Of a stretch of DNA of 64,000 nucleotides, positions 18,503-28,844 are shown piece by piece. A program made the position numbers and the translations under genes. This stretch comes from an uncultured Acidobacteriota bacterium (GTDB lineage Bacteria; Acidobacteriota; Thermoanaerobaculia; Multivoradales; JAHEKO01): assembly GCA_963713825.1 (NCBI GenBank), contig CAVQNG010000025.1, positions 672,001-736,000 of the forward strand. Reading direction: 5' to 3'. The notes under the pieces are model-generated. The model did no database searches. It had not been told where the DNA came from and was given only the letters and a program-made list of their open reading frames with translations. Each line of letters starts with the position of its first letter. The stretch's first letter is position 1.

Positions 18503-19435
18503 ATGTCCGATCGCAAGACCGCGACCGGTTCGCCAACGGAGCCTCCCTGGCTGCGAGCCGTTCAGCGCTATCTAGAATCTCTCTCCTTGGAACGTGGACT
18601 CTCGGAGCGCACGGTCGAGGCATATGGCTCGGACCTGCTCCGCCTGGGTGAGTCTCTTGGCGAACAGGGAGTCGAACCTCTGCAGGCCGACCAGGAAGCC
18701 ATAGCGGCTCATCTGAGACTTCTGCGCCGACAGGAATTGTCACCGCGTTCCATTGCCAGAGCCCTGGTGTCGATTCGGGGCTTCTACCGGCACTTGGTGG
18801 AGGTCGGGGACCGAGCCGACAACCCTGCCGTCAATCTCTCGCCGCCACGACTCTGGCGTCGGTTGCCGAAGGTGCTGACGGAACCTCAAGTCGAGGCACT
18901 TCTCGGGGCGCCAGACGTCGAAAAGGTGGCGGGTCTTCGCGACAAGGCCATGCTGGAGCTGCTCTACGCCACCGGGCTGCGGGTCAGCGAGTTGGTTGGG
19001 CTGCAACTCTCCCAGCTGCGCTTGGATTTCGGCTTTATCGTGGTGCTCGGCAAGGGTGGAAAGGAGCGAGTGGTACCGGTAGGGGAGCAGGCCGAAGGCT
19101 GGTTGACCCGCTACCTCGGGGAGGCTCGCCCGCAACTTCTGTCGGGTCGACACGAGGTCGTCTTCGTGAATCAGCGGGGGATGCCGCTGAGCCGACAGGG
19201 ATTCTGGAAGATCATCAAGAACCATGGTCTGCGAGTGGGAGTTGCAGGGGTCTCTCCCCACATCTTGCGCCACAGCTTCGCTACCCATCTTCTCGAGCAC
19301 GGGGCCGATCTGCGAGCCGTGCAGATGATGTTGGGACACTCCGACATCTCGACGACCCAGATCTACACTCACATTCACGCCCAGAGGTTGCGCAGCCTCT
19401 ACGACCAATTCCATCCGAGGAGTAGCTCGACTTGA
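18503..19435 (+). CDS. xerD: Site-specific tyrosine recombinase XerD
   Basis: YATGLRVSEL, GKGGKER, SPHILRHSFATHLL.HGADLR.VQ.MLGH...TTQIY. Confidence 0.93.
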   Translation: MSDRKTATGSPTEPPWLRAVQRYLESLSLERGLSERTVEAYGSDLLRLGESLGEQGVEPLQADQEAIAAHLRLLRRQELSPRSIARALVSIRGFYRHLVEVGDRADNPAVNLSPPRLWRRLPKVLTEPQVEALLGAPDVEKVAGLRDKAMLELLYATGLRVSELVGLQLSQLRLDFGFIVVLGKGGKERVVPVGEQAEGWLTRYLGEARPQLLSGRHEVVFVNQRGMPLSRQGFWKIIKNHGLRVGVAGVSPHILRHSFATHLLEHGADLRAVQMMLGHSDISTTQIYTHIHAQRLRSLYDQFHPRSSST

Positions 19436-20130
19436 GCCACTGGCGAGAGTTTGGCGTTCGGGTGTCGCTGTTGGCCCTGTTTCTCGCGGCCCCGTCCAGC
19501 TCGATTGCTGAGCTCGTGGTGATGACAGATGGCCAGGTGCTCAAAGTAGAGTCGTTCGAGCGCCACGAGGACCAGATCTCGCTGGGCCTTCCAGATGGAG
19601 GTCGATTGATCCTTGCCATGGATCGGGTAGCTCGCATTCTCGAGGACGAGATCGTCGATGGCCCACCGACTCCAGAGCGCTACAGAGTAGGTGACCTGAG
19701 ACTCTGGTTCGAAGAACCTCAAGGTGTACCCGATACGCCGTTCGGTGAGCTGATCTACGAGACTTCTCGACGCTACCAGGTGAATCCCGCTGTCGTCGCT
19801 GCCATGGTCCGGGCGGAGTCGGCCTTCGACCCCTGGGCGGTGTCGCCCAAAGGTGCGATGGGTCTACTACAGTTGATGCCTGCTACCGCCAAGCGATTCG
19901 GGCTCAGTGATCGTCAGTTCTTCGAGCCAGCCGAGAATCTGGATGCTGGGGTGCGCTACATCAAGTGGCTCGGCGAGAGATTCGGCGGCGATCTGACTCT
20001 GGTCCTGGCCGGTTACAACGCGGGCGAGGCCATGGTCCAGCGACACGAAGGAGTGCCACCGTTCCGCGAGACCGACAACTACATTCAGAGGGTGTTGGAG
20101 TTTGCCGATCGCGCCGCTGAGGGGCGATAG
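19432..20130 (+). CDS. Lytic transglycosylase (SLT domain)
   Basis: AES, AVSPKGAMGLLQLMP, AGYNAG, ET.NY; signal-like N-terminus. Confidence 0.92.
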   Translation: MSHWREFGVRVSLLALFLAAPSSSIAELVVMTDGQVLKVESFERHEDQISLGLPDGGRLILAMDRVARILEDEIVDGPPTPERYRVGDLRLWFEEPQGVPDTPFGELIYETSRRYQVNPAVVAAMVRAESAFDPWAVSPKGAMGLLQLMPATAKRFGLSDRQFFEPAENLDAGVRYIKWLGERFGGDLTLVLAGYNAGEAMVQRHEGVPPFRETDNYIQRVLEFADRAAEGR

Positions 20131-22085
20131 TGCATGGCTACGAGGGTCTGGTCGTCCGAGGCGGGGAGACCCTGCGTGTGGTCTGCGATTGCCGTCAGAA
20201 GCCGTTCGCGAATCTGCTCCGCGCTGGCGGCCGGCCCTTGTAGTGCTTCTCTGAGCCGATCGTAGCCGAACGGTTCTCCTGTCGGATCGAGGGCCTCGAT
20301 CAGACCGTCAGAAAGCCAGACGACAACGTCGTCGGCCTCCAGGTTGATCTGCTTCTGGCCGAAGGACTCGCCGAGCGCTCCGAGGGGATTGCCGGTCAGT
20401 AGAATTTCCTCCACTTCGCCGTCACGAACGAGGTAGGTGGGCGGGTGGCCGGCATTCGTCAACTCCATCTCGCCGCGCGAAAGATCGATGAAGGCGATGG
20501 CTGCCGTGACGAAGAACCGCCGCTCATTCTCAGAGCTGACCATCGAGCTCAGTCGCCGGAGAATCTCCTCGGCCGGCTTTCCTTCCTCCACCAGGATGAC
20601 GAGTGCGGCCTTCAACATGGCCATGCGCAGCCCGGTCGGCAAGCCGTGACCGGAGACGTCGGCGATGACCACCACCAGACGCTCGGCGTCGAGGCGCAGG
20701 ATGTCGAAGTAGTCGCCGCCAATAGCCGCACTCGGCTCGAAGAGGGTCGAGAATTCTGCAGCTTCGGAGCTCGGGATGTTTGCCGGAATGAGGCTCTGCT
20801 GGAGGTCGCGGGCGATTTGTAGCTCCTTTTCGATAATCTCCTTCTGGGCAATTGCGGTGACGGAATCCTCGAGGTTGGCGGTCATCTCGTTGAAGGAGCG
20901 CTGCAGCTCGCCGATCTGGTCTCGCCGCTTGACGGGAATTCGAGTGGAGAAGTCTCCTGCCCGCACGGAATCGGTGGCTCGACTCAGTCGATTGACCGCC
21001 CGGCTGAGCGCGAAGATCAAAAAGAAGGCCATGAGGAAGGCCAGGCCATAGATGGTTGCCAGGAGGCCCGTCGCCGAGATGAGGCTGGCCCAGATCGCAG
21101 TATTGACCTCTGCCGAGCCTGAGAAGAGACGGCGGAAGACTGTCGAGGGTCTGCCTCGGAGCGTGGCGACAACATAGTCGGTCAGCACCGCTCCGTCCTC
21201 CAGGCTGCGGAGTGGACCTGCCAGCTCACCCCAGAGAAGGATGGGACGTTGCCACCAGGGTTGTTCCTGGCCCGCAGTGGGCTCGGGCTCGACCTCGGTC
21301 TGGGTTTCGCCCCTGCCGCCTTTGAAGGGCGCCAAGGCATACTCCCGACTACCGAGGCTGAGTTGGATCGTGCCCTCTTTGTCCGGATCATCGGCGCGCA
21401 TCAGGGTGACATCGAGTCCGTTGTGGCGCTCCAGCTCCTCGGCGATCGGCGCGACGAACGCTGCCAGGACACCCCTGTTCTCGCTAGAAGCCCTGCCAAT
21501 GAGGGTGGGAGTTTCGTCGGCAAGCGCCACGAATGACTGAATTGGCTCGCCTCGATCCGGCTCGGGCTCCTGGATCGTCTGATCGTCCAGCCATCCGGGC
21601 CAGCGAGAAGGCAACAGCTTCGAGCCGGCGACTCGCCGCCCCTTGCGGTAGTAGGCGAAGTCGATCCGATCGGAGCGGTCCAGCTCGGCATTCTGGCCGC
21701 TGGTGAACTCGACCAGAGCGGTCTCGGCCGCATGCTGCACCTCGAGCTGGAGCGAGCTGGTGGAATCACGATAGAGGTGGCCCAGGAAATAGCCACTCAA
21801 GAGAAAGCCATTGAGGATCAGCAGTAGCGCCAGGAGTGGGATGGGGAAGATGCCGATCAGGAAGTAGGAGAATGCCAATCTGCGGCCGACACTCCACAGG
21901 AACTTTTGGAGACCCTTCCATAGCAGCAAGAGAAGGGCCATGAGCGCCAGGCCGAGCAGTAGTCCCTTGGCCAGGAAGGACATGAGGGAGGACTCGGCCG
22001 CGAAGGCCACAACGGCCAGCAGAGCGATGGCCAGGGCCACCATCATCAGCAATGCAGAGCGGAGAAAGCCTGAAGTTCTGGACAT
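20085..22085 (-). CDS. Membrane PP2C/SpoIIE phosphatase with HAMP domain
   Basis: TM segments, HAMP (DQIGEL..SFN.M), GGDYFD, ADVSGHG, NAGH, SDGLIE, DDQT. Confidence 0.92.
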   Translation of the reverse strand: MSRTSGFLRSALLMMVALAIALLAVVAFAAESSLMSFLAKGLLLGLALMALLLLLWKGLQKFLWSVGRRLAFSYFLIGIFPIPLLALLLILNGFLLSGYFLGHLYRDSTSSLQLEVQHAAETALVEFTSGQNAELDRSDRIDFAYYRKGRRVAGSKLLPSRWPGWLDDQTIQEPEPDRGEPIQSFVALADETPTLIGRASSENRGVLAAFVAPIAEELERHNGLDVTLMRADDPDKEGTIQLSLGSREYALAPFKGGRGETQTEVEPEPTAGQEQPWWQRPILLWGELAGPLRSLEDGAVLTDYVVATLRGRPSTVFRRLFSGSAEVNTAIWASLISATGLLATIYGLAFLMAFFLIFALSRAVNRLSRATDSVRAGDFSTRIPVKRRDQIGELQRSFNEMTANLEDSVTAIAQKEIIEKELQIARDLQQSLIPANIPSSEAAEFSTLFEPSAAIGGDYFDILRLDAERLVVVIADVSGHGLPTGLRMAMLKAALVILVEEGKPAEEILRRLSSMVSSENERRFFVTAAIAFIDLSRGEMELTNAGHPPTYLVRDGEVEEILLTGNPLGALGESFGQKQINLEADDVVVWLSDGLIEALDPTGEPFGYDRLREALQGPAASAEQIRERLLTAIADHTQGLPASDDQTLVAMHYRPSAARSANSNTL

Positions 22086-22426
22086 GGAAGGTTCGCCCCA
22101 AGTGTGGGCGCCATCTCTCGATCACCTTGCACTACGAAGATCGGAGGAGAAGGGTTCGCTGAAAGGCTCGGATCCCATCCCTGGGGGCCTACCCAGCCCG
22201 ACCGAACGACCAGCAACCTCGAAGCGCCAAATCCATCATAGCTTGAAACAAGAATCTGCAGCCGGTCGTTCTGCTTTCTGGTAGACTCGTCGGCGCCGGA
22301 GGGATGAAACCAATGTGTCGTTCCAGCCCTTCCTCCGGAGTCGAATGGTTCCCATTGACGTAGATGAGCGAGGCCTAGCCAGCTCTAGGTTCTCCCCTTA
22401 TCCCAAAACACTTTGGTGAAGGATCG

Positions 22427-24298
22427 ATGACTACTCGAACTACTGACGAGACGACCGTGCCGGAGCGCCAGGTTGAGCACGAGAAGATGGGCGAAGTGGT
22501 GGTTCGCTTTGCCGGCGACTCCGGCGACGGAATGCAGCTCACTGGCAACCAGTTCACCAGCACATCGGCCCTCATGGGCAATGATCTAGCCACCTTTCCG
22601 GACTTCCCGGCCGAGATCAGGGCGCCAGCTGGCTCGATCGCAGGCGTATCGGCGTTCCAGGTTCGCATTGCCGACTACGACATCCATACTCCAGGCGACG
22701 CCCCCGACGCGCTCGTGGCGATGAATCCAGCAGCGCTCATCAAGTCGCTACCGGATCTTCGTCCCAACGGCATCATCATTGCGAACTCCGACGAGTTCGA
22801 TGAGCGCAATCTGAAGAAGGCGGGCTACCAGGGTAACCCTCTCGAAGATGGGAGCCTGGACGGATATCGCCTCTACACAGCTGCGGTCACGACCATGACC
22901 CGACGGGCGTTGGAGGATACCGGGCTGGATGTGAAGACTCAGGACCGGTGCAAGAACTTCTTCGCCCTGGGAATGATCTACTGGCTCTACAGCCGCCCGG
23001 TCGAGACCTCTGTCGCTTGGTTGAAGCAGAAGTTCAAACGACGGCCGGAAATCGCCGCTGCCAATGAGCTGGCCCTCAAGGCCGGTTACAACTTCTGCGA
23101 TATTACCGAGGTCTTCCAGGTGCGCTATGAGGTGGAGCCGGCTCAACTCGAGCCAGGGATCTACCGCAATATCATTGGCAACAGTGCCCTGGCAGTAGGG
23201 CTGGTGACGGCCAGCCGGCGCAGTGGTTTGCCGCTCTACCTGGGCAGCTATCCGATCACCCCGGCGAGCGACATCTTGCACGAGCTGGCTCGTTTCAAGA
23301 ACTACGGAGTCACGACATTTCAGGCGGAGGACGAGATTGCGGCCGTCTGCGCTTCCATCGGGGCCTCCTTCGGCGGGGCGTTGGCCGTGACGACTACGAG
23401 CGGCCCCGGCCTTGCTCTCAAGTCGGAGGCGATCAATCTGGCGATCATGGTGGAGTTGCCCCTCGTCGTCTGCAACATCCAGCGTGGTGGTCCGTCCACA
23501 GGTCTGCCCACGAAGACGGAGCAATCGGATCTCTTGCAGGCCATGTTCGGTCGCAACGGCGACTCTCCGGTGCCTGTTCTCGCAGCCAATTCGCCAGCCG
23601 ATTGCTTCGAAACGGCCATCGAAGCGTGCCGCATCGCCGTCAAATACATGGTGCCGGTCATTCTTCTCTCCGATGGCTACATCGCGAACGGTTCCGAGCC
23701 CTGGAGACTCCCCGACCTCGAGTCGCTGCCCGACCTCAGAACCGAGTTCTGGTCGAAGGCGGAAGGGTTCCAACCCTACTCCCGAGACGAGGCCACTCTG
23801 GCCAGGCCCTGGGCCGTGCCAGGTACCCCAGGACTCGAGCATCGCCTCGGGGGACTGGAGAAGGAAGACCTGACTGGCAATGTTTCCTACAGCGCCACGA
23901 ATCACCAGAAGATGACCAAGTACCGGGCTGACAAGGTGAAACGCATCGCACAAGAGATCCCGCCGCTGGAGATCAATGGGGACCCGGATGGTGATTTGCT
24001 TGTCGTGGGATGGGGGAGCACGCTGGGCGCCGTCGCAGGTGCTGTGCGGCAGGCACGGCGCGAAGGCCTGAATGTAAGTCAGATTCACCTGAAGTACATC
24101 AATCCTTTTCCTAACGATCTGGGCGATGTCATGGGCCGCTTCGAGCGGATCCTGGTACCGGAAATGAACTCCGGCCAACTGGCGCTCCTGCTGCGGGCGG
24201 AGTACCTCCGAGAGGTCGTCAGCCAAAGCAAAGTCAAAGGCAAGCCGTTCTTTCGTTACGAGATCTACGACAAGATCAAAGAGATCCTGGAGGCCTGA
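22427..24298 (+). CDS. korA: 2-oxoacid:ferredoxin oxidoreductase alpha subunit (gamma-alpha fusion)
   Basis: AGDSGDGMQ, YPITPAS, EDE, QRGGPSTGLPTKTEQ. Confidence 0.93.
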   Translation: MTTRTTDETTVPERQVEHEKMGEVVVRFAGDSGDGMQLTGNQFTSTSALMGNDLATFPDFPAEIRAPAGSIAGVSAFQVRIADYDIHTPGDAPDALVAMNPAALIKSLPDLRPNGIIIANSDEFDERNLKKAGYQGNPLEDGSLDGYRLYTAAVTTMTRRALEDTGLDVKTQDRCKNFFALGMIYWLYSRPVETSVAWLKQKFKRRPEIAAANELALKAGYNFCDITEVFQVRYEVEPAQLEPGIYRNIIGNSALAVGLVTASRRSGLPLYLGSYPITPASDILHELARFKNYGVTTFQAEDEIAAVCASIGASFGGALAVTTTSGPGLALKSEAINLAIMVELPLVVCNIQRGGPSTGLPTKTEQSDLLQAMFGRNGDSPVPVLAANSPADCFETAIEACRIAVKYMVPVILLSDGYIANGSEPWRLPDLESLPDLRTEFWSKAEGFQPYSRDEATLARPWAVPGTPGLEHRLGGLEKEDLTGNVSYSATNHQKMTKYRADKVKRIAQEIPPLEINGDPDGDLLVVGWGSTLGAVAGAVRQARREGLNVSQIHLKYINPFPNDLGDVMGRFERILVPEMNSGQLALLLRAEYLREVVSQSKVKGKPFFRYEIYDKIKEILEA

Positions 24299-24302
24299 AG
24301 CG

Positions 24303-25355
24303 ATGTCCGTTGAATTACCTGTACTGAAGAAGAAGGACTTTCAGACCGATCAGGAGGTTCGCTGGTGCCCGGGTTGTGGCGACTACGCCATTCTGTCGGC
24401 GGTGCAGTCGTTTTTCCCGACCCTGGGAATTCCCAAAGAGAACTTCGTCGTCGTTTCCGGCATCGGTTGCTCGAGCCGTTTTCCGTACTACATGGATACT
24501 TTTGGTTTCCACTCCATTCACGGCAGGGCGCCCGGTATCGCCACCGGGATCAAGATGGCCAGGCCGGAGCTGGAGGTCTGGGTTGCAACCGGGGATGGTG
24601 ACGCCATGTCGATCGGCGGCAACCACCTGATCCACCTCCTGCGCCGCAATGTCGGCGTCAAGATCGTCATGTTCAACAACCAGATCTATGGTCTCACCAA
24701 GGGGCAGTACTCGCCGACCAGTGAGGTCGGAAAGCGGACCAAGTCCACCCCCTTCGGCTCTATCGACAGGCCTTTCAACCCGCTCTCGCTGGCGCTCGGC
24801 GCTGGCGCCACATTCGTCGCCAGAACCGTCGACATCTTCCAGCGGCATCTGAAGGAGACGCTGCGGCAGGCCGTCGAGCACGAGGGCTCTGCCTTCATCG
24901 AGGTGTATCAGAACTGCAACATCTTCAACGATGGGGCCTTCAAGTACATGACGGACAAAGAGTCGAGAGAAAGTCACTCGATTGCGCTCGAGCACGGACA
25001 ACCCCTGGTGTTTGGCAAGGAAAAGAACCTTGGAATCCGCATGAACTGCACCCAGCCGGAGGTCGTGGAGTTGGGCAACGGCTTGGGACCGGACGACTGC
25101 CTCGTGTGGGATGCTCACGACCCCAATCCGGCGCTGGCGTTTCTGATAGCCCAGCTGTCGCCACCGGAGTTCCCGACCCCGATCGGGGTTTTTCGCTCTG
25201 TCTCGCGACCAGCGTACGAGTTGGCATCCGTCGCTCAGATCGAGGAGCTGACCGAGGCCCGGGGAGAGGGCACGCTCCGCGACCTGATCTACTCGGGCGA
25301 GCTGTGGACCGTTCGTCAGGATGGAACCGTGGCCAGCGGTGTGGAAAAGGTCTGA
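24303..25355 (+). CDS. korB: 2-oxoacid:ferredoxin oxidoreductase beta subunit
   Basis: WCPGCG, SGIGCS, HGR, TPP motif GDGD...NN, YGLTKGQ. Confidence 0.93.
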   Translation: MSVELPVLKKKDFQTDQEVRWCPGCGDYAILSAVQSFFPTLGIPKENFVVVSGIGCSSRFPYYMDTFGFHSIHGRAPGIATGIKMARPELEVWVATGDGDAMSIGGNHLIHLLRRNVGVKIVMFNNQIYGLTKGQYSPTSEVGKRTKSTPFGSIDRPFNPLSLALGAGATFVARTVDIFQRHLKETLRQAVEHEGSAFIEVYQNCNIFNDGAFKYMTDKESRESHSIALEHGQPLVFGKEKNLGIRMNCTQPEVVELGNGLGPDDCLVWDAHDPNPALAFLIAQLSPPEFPTPIGVFRSVSRPAYELASVAQIEELTEARGEGTLRDLIYSGELWTVRQDGTVASGVEKV

Positions 25356-25375
25356 GCCTGTAGAAGACTGGGACT

Positions 25376-25744
25376 TCAGAGATCGATCAAGAAGGTGTCG
25401 GCCTCTACGACCTCCGGGTCCAGAGAGAATTCGTAGAGCGCCAGCCCCCCGAACAGCGCTCGCACGTTAGGGAACCCTTCCGCTTGCAGCTCGCCCGCAA
25501 GCAGAACCGACTTCGATCCGTCGTCGTCGATCAATACCACCTGTTGGTCGACCAGTGGCCTCCAGTCCGGTCCTGACATGGGCACGGCGCCACGTAGAGT
25601 CTTGCTCTCAGGCGACTGCCGCACATCGATGAGCAGTGGGGCCTTGCCTTCACGGAGTCTGCGAAAGAGGGTGAAGGGCGAAACCTCGAGCCGCGGATCG
25701 AAGGACACGATCGGCTTGTTGTCACTTCGGAAGCTTGTCGGCAC
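25376..25744 (-). CDS. Small rhodanese-like domain protein lacking the active-site Cys
   Basis: LIDVR, GA, GFPNV.AL.GG pattern; the usual Cys loop reads IDDDG. Confidence 0.7.
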   Translation of the reverse strand: MPTSFRSDNKPIVSFDPRLEVSPFTLFRRLREGKAPLLIDVRQSPESKTLRGAVPMSGPDWRPLVDQQVVLIDDDGSKSVLLAGELQAEGFPNVRALFGGLALYEFSLDPEVVEADTFLIDL

Positions 25745-25800
25745 GGGAAACTCCTGACCAGGTCATGCTGCCTGAATCGGCAACCACATCGGGCTGATTC

Positions 25801-27030
25801 TCACTCGTCCCCGAGATTGGCCCACACCAGACCGGAAACGATCTTGGGTAGGAATCGGGTCGACTTCGGTGGTAGCAGGGCATGTTCGGCTGTCGCCAAA
25901 GAGAAGTCCTGGGGAGACATGGGCGGCAGTAGAAATCCAGCTGCGAGCGCGCCATCGCGGATCGCAGCTACGAGCTGCTCTCCACTGGAGCGATAGACGA
26001 TCCTGCCGTCGAGCGCTGCCTCTGCCTCGAGTCCGAGCCGCGGTAGAACAGCGTCGTGCAGCCAGCCGACAGCCAAATGGCGGGCGGAGGGGAGCATGCC
26101 AGCCGGCGCGCTCTCCTGGTCAAAGGACCAGATCTCGGGTGGGCGGCCCGCTGCCAGGGCTATCAGGGCAGGTTGTGGCTCTGCTGCGATAGCGGCTGCG
26201 AGGCCGACCCCTGAAGTCGCGTCGCAGGGTCGCCGACCACTGGCCAGGTCTGCGGCCGAGCTTAGATCGACCGCTGTCGGGAGCCCGCGATGGATCGGAT
26301 CGATGGCCAGGCCGCGGGCGGTCAGGCTGGTGATCACGGCTAGCTTTCTCGCTTCGCCGGAGCCGATCTTCAAGCCCCTCTCGGTGGCATGCTGGAGGGC
26401 GACCTCGTATCGGTGATGGCCGTCGGCGATGAGGCCTGGACAGCTGCTCAGAAGACTTCGGTACCTGTCGATGCGAGCCGCGTCGTCGAGGTGGTAGAGC
26501 CGGTGTCGGTTGCCGAACGAGTCGTGGTGCTCGACCAGGAAGGCGTCCTCCCGGGCATCCTCGATCAACAGGGAGTCCAGGCCGCCGTCGTCGTCGCTGA
26601 GGAGCAGAATGGGCTCCAGGTCGGCGTTTGTGGTGCGCAATAGCTCCAGCCGCTCGTCGACGGTCTTCTGGACCGTCTTCTCGTGCGGTCGAATGACCCC
26701 GCCGGTTGGGGCCTCGAGGCCGACGAGAGCCGTCAGGCCGAGTCGACGACCGCCGCCCGGCAGAAGTACTTCGTAAGGGTAGATTGCCTGAGCATGATCC
26801 TGTTGCAGCGTGCCGTCTCGCAGCCATTGTTCGTGAGTGTGGTGAGCGCTTGCATGCGGGCCACCGTGGCTCGACGCTATGGGTCGAGTCAGCCAGGCGA
26901 AATGGCGTGGGTTCTCTCGCAGTCGAGCAGCGAAGGCGTCGTCGATCTGATCGTACGGCGGTGCCGCCAGGCTGCCGCGGTCAGCGAGCCCATCGGCATA
27001 CCGGACTCCCTTGAAAGCGAAAAGACGCAT
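25801..27030 (-). CDS. DUF1015 family protein
   Basis: APPYD, PHE.T, IADGHHRY, LPPKST.F.PK..SGL. Confidence 0.88.
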   Translation of the reverse strand: MRLFAFKGVRYADGLADRGSLAAPPYDQIDDAFAARLRENPRHFAWLTRPIASSHGGPHASAHHTHEQWLRDGTLQQDHAQAIYPYEVLLPGGGRRLGLTALVGLEAPTGGVIRPHEKTVQKTVDERLELLRTTNADLEPILLLSDDDGGLDSLLIEDAREDAFLVEHHDSFGNRHRLYHLDDAARIDRYRSLLSSCPGLIADGHHRYEVALQHATERGLKIGSGEARKLAVITSLTARGLAIDPIHRGLPTAVDLSSAADLASGRRPCDATSGVGLAAAIAAEPQPALIALAAGRPPEIWSFDQESAPAGMLPSARHLAVGWLHDAVLPRLGLEAEAALDGRIVYRSSGEQLVAAIRDGALAAGFLLPPMSPQDFSLATAEHALLPPKSTRFLPKIVSGLVWANLGDE

Positions 27031-27146
27031 GGTGAGTGGAGCGGCTATTCTACTCGCAGCCGCTTCGCCTGGCGATCGCTAGTATCGATCGACTCGGGAT
27101 CTCGCTGTCCGGTCGGAGTTCGTCCCCGCATATACTGCTACTTCCA

Positions 27147-28016
27147 ATGTCGGAGAAACTCCCTTCCATACCCGGCGAAGTGTTTCGGTCCTGTCGCCGC
27201 GACAGGATCAATGCCGAGTCGGCGAGCATCGCCTACTATTTCTTCCTGTCGTTCTTCCCAATGATCCTGACCCTGTTCGGCCTCACGGGTCTGATCGGGC
27301 GGCAGACGGCTTTCGATTGGGTGATGGAGGAGTTGCTGGTAGCTCTACCGCCGGCGGCCGCGGAAACGATCGGTCGCTTCGTGCTGCAGGTCACCGATTC
27401 GCGCAGTCCCGGCGCTTTGTCTGTCGGCGTCCTGTTGACGGTCTGGACAGCTTCGAATGTCTTCTCCGCCTTGGCCGATGGCCTCAACAAGCCTTACAAG
27501 GCCAAGCGAGCACACCGTTGGTGGAAGAAGCGTGCGCTGTCGCTGGCCATGCTTCTTTTGCTCGCGGCAGCTCTGGTCGCCCAGGCTGCGATTCTACTGG
27601 CGGGCCCTGAAGTGGCCAGGATTCTGCGGGTCGAACCGTTCGGAGCTGGTCTCCGATGGCCGCTCACTATTGCGCTCTCGATCTTCATGATGTGGTTCAT
27701 CTACTTCACGCTGCCCAACCATGATCAGAGTCGATCCAAGCGGTGGATCTTGGCCGGGGCGATTACGGGTACGTTTCTCTGGGCTCTGGCCACGGTCGGC
27801 TTCCGCCTCTTCCTGGCCAATAGCGGGCGCTTCAGCGCTGTCTACGGCATCGTTGGAGGCATGGTGGCGCTCCTCATCTGGCTGTACCTGACCGCCATGG
27901 CGATCCTGATTGGAGGCGAGGTGTCCGCAGTTCTCGAACGCCGGCTTGGGAGGAAGAGCTCCCCGCCCGAGGTCCCAGAACCCGAGCCCCAGGATCCCGG
28001 GCGCCAGACCCGGTAG
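27147..28016 (+). CDS. YihY/virulence factor BrkB family membrane protein
   Basis: AYYFFLSFFP, YG..GG...LL.WLY......L.G.E; start moved to ATG 27147. Confidence 0.88.
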   Translation: MSEKLPSIPGEVFRSCRRDRINAESASIAYYFFLSFFPMILTLFGLTGLIGRQTAFDWVMEELLVALPPAAAETIGRFVLQVTDSRSPGALSVGVLLTVWTASNVFSALADGLNKPYKAKRAHRWWKKRALSLAMLLLLAAALVAQAAILLAGPEVARILRVEPFGAGLRWPLTIALSIFMMWFIYFTLPNHDQSRSKRWILAGAITGTFLWALATVGFRLFLANSGRFSAVYGIVGGMVALLIWLYLTAMAILIGGEVSAVLERRLGRKSSPPEVPEPEPQDPGRQTR

Positions 28017-28039
28017 GAGATCTCCCACCGGGCTCGACT

Positions 28040-28822
28040 CTAGTGCTCGTCTGAGTCAGGGCCAACCAGGTCACCCTCCAGCTCGCGCAGTCTTTCTTCC
28101 AGGGCTTCGAGGCGTTCGAGGAGCTCCTCACGACTCGTGCTGTAGCTGTGCAGTCGTTCCTGCCAATCCTCGCTCGGCCATTCGGTATTCAGGCGATCGA
28201 TGGCTTCGTCGAAGGCCCTGGCCTGCAATTCGATGACCTCCTCGAAGTCACCCTCCGGCAAGACGACGGTGTGGTGGCCTTCTTCATCGCCGAGCCGGAA
28301 CCGACGAATGTCGACTTGCGGTCGCTCCATCTTCGTGAGCGTGGCGTCGAAGGCTAACGATTGGGCGTTCCTCCACGCCTCGATCCGGACGACATCCCCT
28401 TCCTCATGATCCGAGATCTCATGAAACAGGTCGATGAAGGAACCGATCGACTCATTGTCGACCGTCGTCAGGATGTCTCCGACCTGAAGGCCAGCATTCT
28501 GAGCCGGGCTACCGTCGGCCACACGCGAGATCATGACTCCAGTTTCAGAGGGAGCCCCGAAGTGCTCTCTCAGCTCGGGGGTCAGCTCGACTGCCTCGAC
28601 GCCGAGATAGCCTCGGTTGCCCATGATCCCAGTGCCATGAGCCATCACATGTCGGCCTCCGGGCCCGGCGACCCTGATGACCCGGGTCTGCCGTACCTCA
28701 TCGTTCTCCACGTCCTGATCCGAGGCCCAGAGAGCTGGTATGACAACTAGGCCGACGGCCAGGAGGCTGAGTCCCACGAGCGAGGTCCTGCGAAGCCTGA
28801 AGCGAGATTCGCTGGTGTTCAT
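28040..28822 (-). CDS. Secreted PDZ-domain protein with C-terminal coiled coil (no protease domain)
   Basis: Signal peptide, RGYLGV...SPAQ.AGL..GD.L PDZ motif; start ATG 28822 with AGGAG RBS. Confidence 0.8.
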   Translation of the reverse strand: MNTSESRFRLRRTSLVGLSLLAVGLVVIPALWASDQDVENDEVRQTRVIRVAGPGGRHVMAHGTGIMGNRGYLGVEAVELTPELREHFGAPSETGVMISRVADGSPAQNAGLQVGDILTTVDNESIGSFIDLFHEISDHEEGDVVRIEAWRNAQSLAFDATLTKMERPQVDIRRFRLGDEEGHHTVVLPEGDFEEVIELQARAFDEAIDRLNTEWPSEDWQERLHSYSTSREELLERLEALEERLRELEGDLVGPDSDEH

Positions 28823-28844
28823 GGTCAAGGTTCTCCTTTTCTTC

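Noticed and set aside
18503-19435. Tyrosine recombinase as the integrase of a mobile element
   Set aside because: Motifs are typical of chromosomal XerD; no att sites, tRNA or cargo genes seen.
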